Source of the DNA: Magnetococcales bacterium
GTDB taxonomy: Bacteria; Pseudomonadota; Magnetococcia; Magnetococcales; UBA8363
NCBI GenBank assembly: GCA_002753515.1
Contig: PEAK01000001.1
Span: forward strand, 110,138 to 174,137
Direction of reading: 5' to 3'
DNA: 64,000 nucleotides
Below are positions 35,818 through 45,569 of this stretch, piece after piece (position 1 is the stretch's first letter; the number at the start of each line of letters is the position of its first letter). A program made the position numbers and the translations under genes. Under the pieces are notes generated by a model. It saw nothing but the letters and a program-made list of their open reading frames with translations, ran no database searches and was not told where the DNA came from.

Positions 35818-38800
35818 ATGAAAAAAATGCTTCTAACTTTCGGAATTCTGACTCTCTGTTTTTCGATTGTCATGGGCTCAGATGCCTTGACTTTAAGTAA
35901 CTTATCCGGCCAATCACTTGCCAATATTAATGATCCAAAAACATTGAAAATGTTACAAGGTGCCAAACCCGGTCGCGTCAATCCCCAGGACTATCGCCAG
36001 GACAATCGGCGCAGGGATAAACCGGACACCGTCAAAAATCCAGAGGAAGTACCTGCAGAACTCTTGGAAACTCCAGAAAAAAAACCGGTACCGTTTTATG
36101 TTGAGACCTATCCGGAAGATTTGCCTATTTTCGGTCAGGATCTATTTGTTGACAAGTACAGAAATGCCCCAGTGAAAGACGTGACTGCCACGGTTCCAGG
36201 TGATTACGTCATTGGTCCGGGTGATACGTTTCGCCTGTTGTTTTCCGGCAAGGACTTTAAGGAAGTTGAGGTTGCCGTGGATGGTGAGGGGATGGTTTTT
36301 GTTCCCGATATGGGGATGATTCCCGTGACTGGCTTGCGGTTTAACGAATTTAAAACCTTGTTGGCCAGTCAAACCAAACAAAAATTGATTGGTTATGAAT
36401 TGACGCACGTTGCACTTTCTTCCCTACGTACCATGAGAATTTTCCTGCTCGGCAACGTAAAAAATCCGGGAACGCATCAAGTTCCCTCCCTGACATCCCT
36501 GATGCAATTGTTGATTGAAACAGGGGGCATTCTTCCCGTTGGTTCTTTGCGTAATGTACAGATCAAACGCAACGGTGTGCCCGATAAAACAGTCGATCTT
36601 TATAATGTTTTGTTGAGTGGTAAAGGAGATGGCGAGGTTCGCCTTCAGGATGGTGATACGGTGTTCGTGCCAATGATCGGCAATACCATCGCCTTGACCG
36701 GTACTGTCAAAAAACCGGCTATTTATGAAATCGCCAAGGAAGAAACGATTGCTGATATTGCCCAGCTTGCTGGAGGTTTGCTACCCAACGCCCAGTTTAT
36801 CAAAATAGAGCGTATTGATGATAATAAAAATCGTACCATCGTCGATCTACATTTAGCGAAAAAAGAGAGTTTGCGTACCGCTATCAGATCGGGTGATATC
36901 GTCCACGTTTTACCATCGTCCGACTCCAGAAAAGAGACGGTCACTTTGACGGGCTATATTGATCGCGGCGGGGTGTTCCAGTGGTATAAAGGGATGAGGT
37001 TGTCCGATATCATTCCCAGTCCCGATATTTTGTTGCCCCAGACCGACCTGTCGCACTACCTGGTCGTTCGCACCAATATGAAGAATCGTCAACTGGAACC
37101 TCTCTCAGCCAATCTGGAGCGTGCCCTGAGCGATCGGGCTTCGGCAGATAACATTCTTCTCCAACCCAATGATCAAATTCAATTGTTCAGCATCAGCGCC
37201 GATCATTCCAAAAATTTGCAGTCTGTTGTGGAAAAATTACGTAATCAGGGGAGATTCAACAATACCGACAAGCTCGTGTCCATTGAGGGTAATGTTCGTT
37301 TTCCAGGGGAATACCCTTACGTTCCCAATATGAGTTTGAAACAGTTGGTAATGGCTTCTGGGGATATTCGTTCCAATACCGATATGGACTATTGTCTGAT
37401 CGTCCGCTCCGATTATATGGGGCGCATCCAACCCTTTTCGGTGCGTTTGCGCGAAGTGTTTGGTATGGAAGGTGTTGCCAAGACCATAGCTCTGAAACCA
37501 AAAGATCAAGTTTTGGTTTTTACCCTTGATGAAAAACAAAAAACAAAAAACTCAGACAAAAATAATGAGAAGGGTGCCCCAGCGGAAGAACCGGAAGAGA
37601 GGAACGCAATTTTTTCCGGAACATCAAAAGAGAACGCTCGTAAGATTCCGGGACAAAATGTGCAGGGGTTAGACGTCGATCAATGGTCGATCGATGCCTT
37701 GAAGAAGGCCAAGGACAAAAAAGGGAATATCCAGGAACAGAACGAGGAGCGTGAGGAAGCGGATGGACAAAAACTACCCAAGCAACCAGGTGGCGCAAAA
37801 GGTGTTGATATTGCCCTGGAAAATGAAGAGATGGAAAATGTACTGGTTGGGTTCCTCCTGAAAAATTCCACCTCCGATCCCGTCGAAAACCGCAGCAATG
37901 AGGCCTATCGCAATCAATTGGTTGATCCAGCATTGCATGAGAATCAAAGTCGACTTTTGCAATTGCTGCTGAAAAAACGGGACCTGCGGCAAATGGTGCG
38001 AGAGGAGTTGCAACCCGTTAAAGAGAAACCGGTCAAATCGCGCCAGGCTTTGTTAAAACCCGTTTTGGAAAAATTGCAAGATCAGGCCACCAAAGAATTT
38101 CCAGCGCAGATCATTCAAATTGGTGGTGCGATACGCTATCCCGGCAAATATCCCCTGGAGCCTGGTATGCGTGTCAGCAACCTATTATTGGCTGGTGGGG
38201 GATTGGCAGAACCGGCTTATCATCTTGAAGCCGAAATCAACCATTTTGAGGTGGATGACAATCAATTCACCAGAATGCATCATGCCAGCGTCAACCTGTT
38301 CAAGATTACGCAGGGTGATCCCACCATGGACCAGGCGTTACGGCCCTATGATATAGTTATTGTTAAACAAAATCCAAAATGGGGCGACATTAATTCGGTG
38401 ATGCTGGAGGGCAATGTGCGCTTTCCCGGAATTTATCCGATTCAAGCTGGGGAAAGATTGACTCAGGTGTTAAAAAGGGCCGGTGGCCTTACAGAATTGG
38501 CTTATCCCGAGGCCGCTGTATTTACCAGAACAAAGCTTATTGAAAAAGAGAAGCGGGAGAACGACAGTCTGATCGCCCGCATGGAGACCCAATTGGTTCA
38601 GACCCAGTATATGAAGCAGACTGAGAAGGAATCGGATACCCTTAATCCCAACTCGGCCATGATCCACGAGCTTATTGCCAAACTTAAAACAGCAAAACCG
38701 ATAGGTCGATTGGCGATTGATCTGAACCAAGTCATGAGCAATCCCGGTGGGCAATACGATGTCATGCTTCAAGATGGTGACCATCTCATCATTCCGCAAC

Positions 38801-39162
38801 GGACTGATGAGGTCACTGTCATGGGCGAGGTTTATTTTCCCACTTCCCACCAATTCATTGGTGACAAGGATCTGGAAGCCTATATTCAGGCCAGTGGTGG
38901 CTATACCAGCAATGCAGATGATAGTCGGGTTTATGTCGTCCGGGCTGATGGCCGGGTGACATCGAAAAAACAACCCGGTAAATTTCCTGTTGTCGGCTGG
39001 TTTTCGTCCAGCAACGCCATTACCATCGGACCGGGGGATACCGTTGTTGTCCCCATGAATGTCGAAAAAGTGGCCCCCATGGTACTCTGGAAAGATATCA
39101 CCCAAATTTTGTATAATTTGGCTGTCACTTCCTCTGCTCTGAAGTCGGCTGGTGCCCTGTAA
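35818..39162 (+). CDS. Giant outer-membrane polysaccharide export (OPX/Wza-KpsD-like) protein with about 7 SLBB repeats
   Basis: ATG 35818 (MKKMLLTFGILTLCFSIVMGSDA signal peptide). Poly_export-like opening: GDYVIGPGDTFRLLFSGK...VAVDGEGMVFVPDMGMIPVTGL. It has repeated V.L.G.V..PG.Y modules, e.g. VSIEGNVRFPGEYP, IQIGGAIRYPGKYP, VMLEGNVRFPGIYP and VTVMGEVYFP. 1114 aa. Confidence 0.75.
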   Translation: MKKMLLTFGILTLCFSIVMGSDALTLSNLSGQSLANINDPKTLKMLQGAKPGRVNPQDYRQDNRRRDKPDTVKNPEEVPAELLETPEKKPVPFYVETYPEDLPIFGQDLFVDKYRNAPVKDVTATVPGDYVIGPGDTFRLLFSGKDFKEVEVAVDGEGMVFVPDMGMIPVTGLRFNEFKTLLASQTKQKLIGYELTHVALSSLRTMRIFLLGNVKNPGTHQVPSLTSLMQLLIETGGILPVGSLRNVQIKRNGVPDKTVDLYNVLLSGKGDGEVRLQDGDTVFVPMIGNTIALTGTVKKPAIYEIAKEETIADIAQLAGGLLPNAQFIKIERIDDNKNRTIVDLHLAKKESLRTAIRSGDIVHVLPSSDSRKETVTLTGYIDRGGVFQWYKGMRLSDIIPSPDILLPQTDLSHYLVVRTNMKNRQLEPLSANLERALSDRASADNILLQPNDQIQLFSISADHSKNLQSVVEKLRNQGRFNNTDKLVSIEGNVRFPGEYPYVPNMSLKQLVMASGDIRSNTDMDYCLIVRSDYMGRIQPFSVRLREVFGMEGVAKTIALKPKDQVLVFTLDEKQKTKNSDKNNEKGAPAEEPEERNAIFSGTSKENARKIPGQNVQGLDVDQWSIDALKKAKDKKGNIQEQNEEREEADGQKLPKQPGGAKGVDIALENEEMENVLVGFLLKNSTSDPVENRSNEAYRNQLVDPALHENQSRLLQLLLKKRDLRQMVREELQPVKEKPVKSRQALLKPVLEKLQDQATKEFPAQIIQIGGAIRYPGKYPLEPGMRVSNLLLAGGGLAEPAYHLEAEINHFEVDDNQFTRMHHASVNLFKITQGDPTMDQALRPYDIVIVKQNPKWGDINSVMLEGNVRFPGIYPIQAGERLTQVLKRAGGLTELAYPEAAVFTRTKLIEKEKRENDSLIARMETQLVQTQYMKQTEKESDTLNPNSAMIHELIAKLKTAKPIGRLAIDLNQVMSNPGGQYDVMLQDGDHLIIPQRTDEVTVMGEVYFPTSHQFIGDKDLEAYIQASGGYTSNADDSRVYVVRADGRVTSKKQPGKFPVVGWFSSSNAITIGPGDTVVVPMNVEKVAPMVLWKDITQILYNLAVTSSALKSAGAL

Positions 39163-39211
39163 CCGTGGGTGCGTCGTTTCTCTGGGCTCTCCTGCCGCCA
39201 AATCCTGGTAA

Positions 39212-39254
39212 CCCCGTTAAGCCTCTTTAGTTCCCTGTTCGGGGCTTAACGGGG
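39212..39254 (+). terminator. Hairpin downstream of the export gene (weak terminator candidate)
   Basis: 12-bp stem CCCCGTTAAGCC (39212-39223) / GGCTTAACGGGG (39243-39254), 50 nt after the stop. No clean U-tract follows. Confidence 0.4.
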
Positions 39255-39386
39255 AAGACCAGTTGATCCGTCAAAATATCGTTGTCCGAACGCACAAAAT
39301 CCCTCCAGTTGCGTATCCTGTTTGTGATACCATCTCCCTGAGATTCGTTAATAAGGTGGCCGTTCATCGTGAAATAGGATATTGCA

Positions 39387-41450
39387 ATGAAAAATTTGTG
39401 GTCGGAGGAAGCGGCGCAACAATGGGTAGATCAATACGCACCTCGTTGGGGTGAACCTCTGGCCCTGAGAACCTACTCAAGCAGACTGTTGGGCAGTCAT
39501 CCCGAATTGGTACTTCATGGCGGTGGCAATACCTCGGTCAAAGGGGATGTCACTGATATTTTTGGTCAAACCATAGCCGGTGTTTTTATCAAGGCTTCCG
39601 GGGTCAATCTGGCGCAAAGCTTGCCAACCGATCACCCGGCACTTAACCTGAATGCCTTGCAGAGGCTCACATTGTTGAACACTCTGTCGCCCTCTGCCAT
39701 GGTGAATCAATTACGTTTAAACCTGTTTGATTCGAGCGCTCCGACTCCTTCGATTGAAGCGTTACTGCATGCTTTTCTGCCCCCGATTTTCATTGATCAC
39801 ACCCACCCTGACGCTCTCCTGACACTGGGCAATCAACCGGACGGTCGTCAGCGCCTCAAAGATGCTTTGGGGGCCGAATGTATCATTCTGGACTATATCC
39901 ACCCTGGATTTGAATTGGCCAAAGCGGTTCTTGCCGCCTGGGAGGCCCAACCCAACGCCATTGGGATGGTTTTGCTGCATCATGGTCTGTTGACCTGGGG
40001 CGATTCGGTGCGGAAATCCTATGAAGCGACGTTGACGCTGGTGAATCGTGCCGAACAAGCCATTAACGCCGTTGCCAAAAAAGTTTTGCCGGTTCCAACA
40101 CCGGCAGCCCCCTGGTGGGAATTGGCTCCTGTCCTTCGCGGTGCCTTGGCCGAACATGATGAAGATTCTGATCGTTCGTACAAGCGTTTCATCGTACGTT
40201 CTTTGGATGATTCGGAAACATTGAGTTTGTTGCACCAACCGGATGCCGCTAAGCTTTTTGTCAGTGCCCCATTGACATCGGACCATCTGATTCGTTGTAA
40301 GCCATGGCCATTGTGGATTGATAATCCCGGGGAAATCAGGGAGGCGGTACAACGTTACCGAGAAGACTACCGCAATTATTTCCAGCGCCATGCCGCATCG
40401 TTGGAAGGTTCGGTGCAGCCATTGGATTCATCGCCCCGGGTGGTATTGATTCCTGGTGTTGGTGGGTTCGTTGCGGGGGAAAGTGCCCATTTGGCCGATG
40501 TCGCCCGGGACATTACCCGACAAACCCTCAGGGTCAAAACCGATATCGCCCGCATGGGGAGTTATTGCGGTCTTGAGGAACAACACCTGTTTGCCATGGA
40601 ATATTTTTCGTTGCAGCATGCCAAGCTTGTCCGCCACGTAACTTCAGGACTTCAGGGGTGCGTGGCCATCGTGACCGGGGCTGCCGGGGCGATTGGTTCC
40701 GGGATTTGTCGCAGGTTGCTCCAGGAAGGGGCGCATGTTGCCGCAACCGATTTACCGGGGGATGCCCTGGACACTCTGGTGCAGGGGCTTGCCGAGGGGG
40801 CGCCCGGTCGCATCATGGGCGTGGCCATGGATGTGACGGATGAAGACTCAGTGACCCAAGGGATCCAAAAAATTGTCCAAACGTGGGGGGGAATCGATTG
40901 TGTGATTATCAATGCGGGACTCGCCCATGTGGCTCCTCTCGCATCCTTGGGATTGGAAACATTTCGTAAGCTGTATCGCGTCAATGTCGAAGGAACCTTG
41001 TTGTTGTTATCGCATATGGCCAGGCTGTTTGAACGGCAGCGAACCGGGGGGGATGTCGTGGTGATCTCGACAAAAAATGTTTTTGCCCCGGGAGCCAGCT
41101 TTGGCGCTTACAGCGCCACCAAGGCGGCATCGCACCAACTGGCTCGCATTGCGTCTCTGGAACTGGCTCCCCTGGATGTTCGGGTCAACATGGTGGCCCC
41201 GGATGCCGTCTTTTCGGATGGTGCCCGTAAATCGGGGCTGTGGGCTGAAGTCGGTCCCGACCGGATGCGCGCCCGCGGTCTGGATGAAGCGGGGTTGGAA
41301 AATTATTATCGCAATCGTAATCTTTTGAAAGCCCGGGTGACTGCTGACCATGTTGCCAATGCGGTGCTGTTTTTTGTGACCCGGAAAACCCCCACGACGG
41401 GTGCGACCATCCCGGTGGATGGGGGGTTGCCCGATGCCACGCCACGATAA
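39387..41450 (+). CDS. Bifunctional class II aldolase / short-chain dehydrogenase (rhamnulose-1-phosphate-aldolase/SDR type)
   Basis: 687 aa. N-terminus: RTYSSRLLGSHPELVLHGGGNTSVK (aldolase-II-like). C-terminal SDR: VAIVTGAAGAIGSGICRRL (TGxxxGxG), NAG, YSATKAA (YxxxK). Confidence 0.8.
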   Translation: MKNLWSEEAAQQWVDQYAPRWGEPLALRTYSSRLLGSHPELVLHGGGNTSVKGDVTDIFGQTIAGVFIKASGVNLAQSLPTDHPALNLNALQRLTLLNTLSPSAMVNQLRLNLFDSSAPTPSIEALLHAFLPPIFIDHTHPDALLTLGNQPDGRQRLKDALGAECIILDYIHPGFELAKAVLAAWEAQPNAIGMVLLHHGLLTWGDSVRKSYEATLTLVNRAEQAINAVAKKVLPVPTPAAPWWELAPVLRGALAEHDEDSDRSYKRFIVRSLDDSETLSLLHQPDAAKLFVSAPLTSDHLIRCKPWPLWIDNPGEIREAVQRYREDYRNYFQRHAASLEGSVQPLDSSPRVVLIPGVGGFVAGESAHLADVARDITRQTLRVKTDIARMGSYCGLEEQHLFAMEYFSLQHAKLVRHVTSGLQGCVAIVTGAAGAIGSGICRRLLQEGAHVAATDLPGDALDTLVQGLAEGAPGRIMGVAMDVTDEDSVTQGIQKIVQTWGGIDCVIINAGLAHVAPLASLGLETFRKLYRVNVEGTLLLLSHMARLFERQRTGGDVVVISTKNVFAPGASFGAYSATKAASHQLARIASLELAPLDVRVNMVAPDAVFSDGARKSGLWAEVGPDRMRARGLDEAGLENYYRNRNLLKARVTADHVANAVLFFVTRKTPTTGATIPVDGGLPDATPR

Positions 41451-41465
41451 CGGCATTTTGCTCAA

Positions 41466-44400
41466 ATGTTTTCGCCCCGTCGCGACAAAATCAGATTATT
41501 GGATGAAGAATTGTTTCACAATCTGACCTCGTTTTCCGAACTTGAGGCCAGAATTTTCAGTTTGGATGATCCTGAACGGCGGAAAAGTGCTTTTGCCATG
41601 TTTGCCGAAGGTTATTTGGCCTTGCGTTCCATGCCAAGGAGCGCGGAAATATTGCCAACCCATCGGTTGCATGAAAATCATTATCATAACCTCTGCATTC
41701 CCAAGACCTTGACCGGGGTTGATGGGCTTTTGTTCATGGCCGAGAGTGGTTGTCATCCCTACCATCTCCTGTTGCATGATCCACGATCGGAAGTGTCTGC
41801 GGAAACAATGGCCCCGTTTGCGCGTCTTTTGGAGCAAAGCCATTGGCCCCTGCTGTTTACCAATCTGCGCCAACTTCCCATGCAATGGTTGGAACGTGAA
41901 GGTTTCCAACACATTTCCGGAAACCAACTGGATGGATTAACCATTTCATGGTTTTCCTATTTTTTGCGTTGGTTGCAAAGTGGTACGCCATCCCGGCGCC
42001 CCACCTTGCCATCCGAACCCATGGGCGAAATGATGCAACGCGTTCGCGCAATGGCCCCGGGTGTGGCCACGGTAACCTTACCGGATGGACCCATTCAGGA
42101 TGAGTGGTTGTTTCACTTGGCGGTGAGCCCTGGACCCAAACGAATGACCTTGATCTTGACCCCGGGGGCGGGCCGCATCCTCGATCTGTTGCACCACTGG
42201 CGCAGACTGACGCCTCCAGTCCCATTATCATGCCTTTGGGTTGTTTCGGGAAAGGAATGGGATAAAAGTGAAAATCTTCTTCCCGGGGAGTTGGATTTTC
42301 TTCGGGTCCAGGATGTTGCAGGCATCCGTCACTTTTTGACCAGTCGTGACGGCAATCCCAGGATTCTCTGGGCGACTTTTGCCGCTATTCCCATGTTGAA
42401 AAAGGCACAATTGGGATTATCCCCCTTTGAGCTGACAGTGGTACTCGACAGTCATGTGCTGGCCCAACAGAGCAAATTGTATGAAACACTTTTGGCGCAG
42501 GAATTTCCCGTATCGCGGTTGCGCCTGCATGTGACCTCATTGCCACGCTGCACGACCCCATTTAAAAAAAATCGCCAGGAGCAGCCCGTTACCCTGTTCG
42601 CCATGGAAGACGATCAGCGGTTTGGTATTCCCGTTCGCTTCAGCATTGCGCCGAAACTCCGCGAATCCTTTGCGGGACGGGATTGGAAATTGGTTGTGGT
42701 ACCTGTCCAAAGCGACATGTTGCATCATCCAGAAACCTGTGTGGTCCATGCCTTGTCGCGTTCTCTCACAATTCATCCCAACATCCATCATGTTCATATT
42801 CCGTTGGAATGGAATGTTTCCGATACGGTTTCGGTTTCGGGCATTGGGGAGTTCGTTACGAGAACCAGTAATACAGCATGGGATGTCCTGACCTGGTCGA
42901 AAGAGGTGCGCCATTTTTCCCGGTTGGATCGGGCACTCCTGCGTATTGCTTCAATTCCTGGCCATGTTCGCCATCTGGCAACGTGCGATTTGGCTTTGTT
43001 ATCGTTTGATCCCGGTCAGGTCACTGCCTCGATTTACGAACGTCTGAGCGCCATCATGCGTCCCCATGCGGAGACAAGAACGGGGATTGCCGCTTCCTTG
43101 GTGGTGATTGATCCCATGTTTGCAGATGCCGAATCTTCCATGCGTCCCGACCTCGCTGCCCTTTGTCTGGTGGTGCAAGCGTTGCGTGACATGGATCCCG
43201 AGTTTGATCAGGCATTTTTTGAGGCGCGCCGGCATCGAGGTCGTACCGGTTCGTTCAACCTGGAACCCTTGCGGCGTTGGTTGCACGTTGCCGACCCCGG
43301 CACCAATGACGGTGCGAACACATTATTGGAATGGTTGTTAACCACCCTGACTTCTCCATGGGATCACTATTTGGGAGAACTCATGCGCTTCCATGAACAA
43401 TGGGGTTCTGCCGAGGTTGCGGAAGCGGGGGATGAGCATTCCCAACTTGCGGCTTGGGTGGAAGTGCAACGCCGGGCGCGGGTCAAAGGCTGGCTGACTC
43501 GGGAACACATCACGCAACTGGATGCGTTGGGATTTGTCTGGGATCCGAAAAAATTGGCCTGGGAACGCATGCTGGCGGCGTTGAAAATCTTTCAGGCTCG
43601 TCATCGGCATTGCAATGTCCCTGATCCCTATCCCGAAGTGGATACGTTGCCCTTGTGGGTCAAGCAACAGCGCCGGGATCTCCTTCAGGGACGCTTGCTC
43701 CCAGCTCAGATGGAACAATTGGATGCCCTGGGATTCATTTGGGATCTGGAGGCCTGGGAATGGGAACAGTGTTATACCCGATTGCTCCGATTGAAACCTG
43801 TGACCGACCCTGCCAGGATCACCGTGCCATGTCACCAGGATCCTGAGTTGGGGGAATGGGCTGATCGTCAGCGTCAGTTATGGCAAAAACAACGTTTGGA
43901 TGAAAGTCGACGCCAGCGCCTGGAGGCCGTTGGTTTTGTTTGGGATCTGGAGGCGACCGAATGGCAAGAGCGATTTCAACAATTCCGGATGATCGTGGTA
44001 ACGTTGGGTCGATGGCCGGGCATTGATCATCCGCTTTTGGATGAATTGCGTTCATGGCTGGAAGAGCAGCGACAATTAAGGGCTAAAAATCGCTTGCATC
44101 CCACCCGTTGTAATCGACTCAATGCATTGGGTTTCATCTGGTCAACACGACAAGAACAGTGGCAACGGTTTTTTGATCGCTTTGTCTCTTTCAAACGGCT
44201 CCACGGCCATGGCCTCGTTCCTGAGCGGTATTCCGAGGATCCGGAGCTCTCTTCCTGGGTCCAGGATCAACGGAGGGACTATCGGCGTGGGGTCATGGTG
44301 GAAGAGATCCATGCTCGATTGGCCATGGTGGGCTTCGTTTTTGATCCACAAGCCTATCATTGGGACAGGATGCTGGCTCTCTTTGAACGTTACCAACGTC

Positions 44401-45569
44401 ACCACGGTGATGATGATCCCGTGGCTGTGAATCCGCAGTTCGCCCCACTGAAAGATTGGATGGCCAGTCAACGGCGCATGCAGATGTCGGGTCGATTGCC
44501 GGAAATAGAGAGGGACAAACTGACCCGGTTGGGTTTTGTTTGGGATCCAGCGGCCAAACAGGAACAAACAATGCTCCGCGCCTTGCGCCGGTTCATGGAA
44601 CAATACGGTCATTGTAACATTCCTGCCGATTTCAACCACCCCCCCACCTTGTCGAGCTGGGTCCGAAAACTGCGGACCCGCAGGATAACGGGCGGATTGT
44701 CCCAGGAATTGATGGACCATCTTGACCGGATGGGGTTCATCTGGGACGCAGGGGAGGCCGAATGGCAGGAAATGTTCCATGCCCTGAAGCAATTCAATCA
44801 GGAACGCCTCCATTGTATTGTCCCCGATCCCTACCCGGTTCATCCCAGACTGCCGGCTTGGGTCAAAAATATTCGTAAAATTTATAAAAACAATGCCTTG
44901 GATAAGAAAAAAACGGAAAGCCTCAACCAATTGGAGTTCGTTTGGGACGAAAAGGCCGTTTTTTGGGAGGAAATGTTTGTCGCCCTGGCGGCGTATCACG
45001 ATCGATTTGGACACAGTTTGGTGCCGGAAAATGATAGCCAACATGCGCGATTGGCCTGGTGGGTTGCGGCGCAGCGTAAGGCCAGGATCGGTGGGCAGTT
45101 GGATGAAAAACAAATCCAACGCTTGGATCGGCTCCATTTCGTCTGGGACATCCATAGTGCCCAATGGTTGGAAATGTACCGGGAATTGTTCTTTTTCCAC
45201 CAACGTCACGGCCATTGCCTGATCAAAAATGATTCCCCACATCACACCCGCTTGAATGATTGGTGTGCCATTCAGCGCAAGGCCAGAATGATGGGAAATC
45301 TTTCCGAGGAAAAACAGGCACGTCTCAACACTTTGGGGTTCATTTGGGATGCCAGGGAGATGGTCGCGGCCGAAATGCTGATGTACCTGGAACAGTATAA
45401 GGAACGTTTTGGTCATTGTAATGTTCCGGCACAGTGGCCAGAAAATCCTCAATTGGGATTATGGCTACAGTTCCAGCGCCAGTCCTTTCAGAAAGGTCAA
45501 CTGGATCCGGAACGGCGGACCAAATTGGAAGAGATGGGAATCCTTTGGGATGAAGGAGATAAACGGTGA
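41466..45569 (+). CDS. Helicase-shaped protein lacking a P-loop, with 11 C-terminal HA (helicase-associated domain) repeats
   Basis: 1367-aa intact ORF starting 15 nt after the aldolase/SDR stop. The N-terminus resembles an Mrr-like module. Motif-I/II/III-like strings are degenerate (TPGAGRI, VVLDSH, VTSLPR). There is no GK[ST] anywhere in the protein. The C-terminal 736 aa are HA-type repeats. Confidence 0.7.
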   Translation: MFSPRRDKIRLLDEELFHNLTSFSELEARIFSLDDPERRKSAFAMFAEGYLALRSMPRSAEILPTHRLHENHYHNLCIPKTLTGVDGLLFMAESGCHPYHLLLHDPRSEVSAETMAPFARLLEQSHWPLLFTNLRQLPMQWLEREGFQHISGNQLDGLTISWFSYFLRWLQSGTPSRRPTLPSEPMGEMMQRVRAMAPGVATVTLPDGPIQDEWLFHLAVSPGPKRMTLILTPGAGRILDLLHHWRRLTPPVPLSCLWVVSGKEWDKSENLLPGELDFLRVQDVAGIRHFLTSRDGNPRILWATFAAIPMLKKAQLGLSPFELTVVLDSHVLAQQSKLYETLLAQEFPVSRLRLHVTSLPRCTTPFKKNRQEQPVTLFAMEDDQRFGIPVRFSIAPKLRESFAGRDWKLVVVPVQSDMLHHPETCVVHALSRSLTIHPNIHHVHIPLEWNVSDTVSVSGIGEFVTRTSNTAWDVLTWSKEVRHFSRLDRALLRIASIPGHVRHLATCDLALLSFDPGQVTASIYERLSAIMRPHAETRTGIAASLVVIDPMFADAESSMRPDLAALCLVVQALRDMDPEFDQAFFEARRHRGRTGSFNLEPLRRWLHVADPGTNDGANTLLEWLLTTLTSPWDHYLGELMRFHEQWGSAEVAEAGDEHSQLAAWVEVQRRARVKGWLTREHITQLDALGFVWDPKKLAWERMLAALKIFQARHRHCNVPDPYPEVDTLPLWVKQQRRDLLQGRLLPAQMEQLDALGFIWDLEAWEWEQCYTRLLRLKPVTDPARITVPCHQDPELGEWADRQRQLWQKQRLDESRRQRLEAVGFVWDLEATEWQERFQQFRMIVVTLGRWPGIDHPLLDELRSWLEEQRQLRAKNRLHPTRCNRLNALGFIWSTRQEQWQRFFDRFVSFKRLHGHGLVPERYSEDPELSSWVQDQRRDYRRGVMVEEIHARLAMVGFVFDPQAYHWDRMLALFERYQRHHGDDDPVAVNPQFAPLKDWMASQRRMQMSGRLPEIERDKLTRLGFVWDPAAKQEQTMLRALRRFMEQYGHCNIPADFNHPPTLSSWVRKLRTRRITGGLSQELMDHLDRMGFIWDAGEAEWQEMFHALKQFNQERLHCIVPDPYPVHPRLPAWVKNIRKIYKNNALDKKKTESLNQLEFVWDEKAVFWEEMFVALAAYHDRFGHSLVPENDSQHARLAWWVAAQRKARIGGQLDEKQIQRLDRLHFVWDIHSAQWLEMYRELFFFHQRHGHCLIKNDSPHHTRLNDWCAIQRKARMMGNLSEEKQARLNTLGFIWDAREMVAAEMLMYLEQYKERFGHCNVPAQWPENPQLGLWLQFQRQSFQKGQLDPERRTKLEEMGILWDEGDKR
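43359..45566 (+). repeat. Tandem array of 11 diverged ~66-aa (~200-bp) HA-domain coding repeats
   Basis: Each unit follows W..(M/F)...L..(F/Y)....GH..VP.......L..WV..QR.....G.L.......L..LGF.W. Examples: WERMLAALKIFQARHRHCNVP...LPLWVKQQRRDLLQGRL...LDALGFIWD, and the last unit FGHCNVP...LGLWLQFQRQSFQKGQL...LEEMGILWD. Confidence 0.8.

Noticed and set aside
44142-45452. A 436-aa antisense ORF across the HA-repeat region. Other long antisense ORFs occur at 62018..62998, 30544..31548, 4893..5951, 16504..17322, 1732..2574 and 9314..9910.
   Set aside because: Each lies opposite a gene with strong family signatures, has no SD or recognisable domain, and has a low-complexity Arg/Pro/Gly-rich composition typical of stop-free antisense frames in GC-rich or repetitive coding DNA.
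43359-45566. A regular ~200-bp periodicity, considered as a possible CRISPR or non-coding tandem repeat.
   Set aside because: The repeats are diverged at the DNA level, lie in one continuous reading frame and show conservation at the amino-acid level. They are protein-domain repeats, not a CRISPR array.
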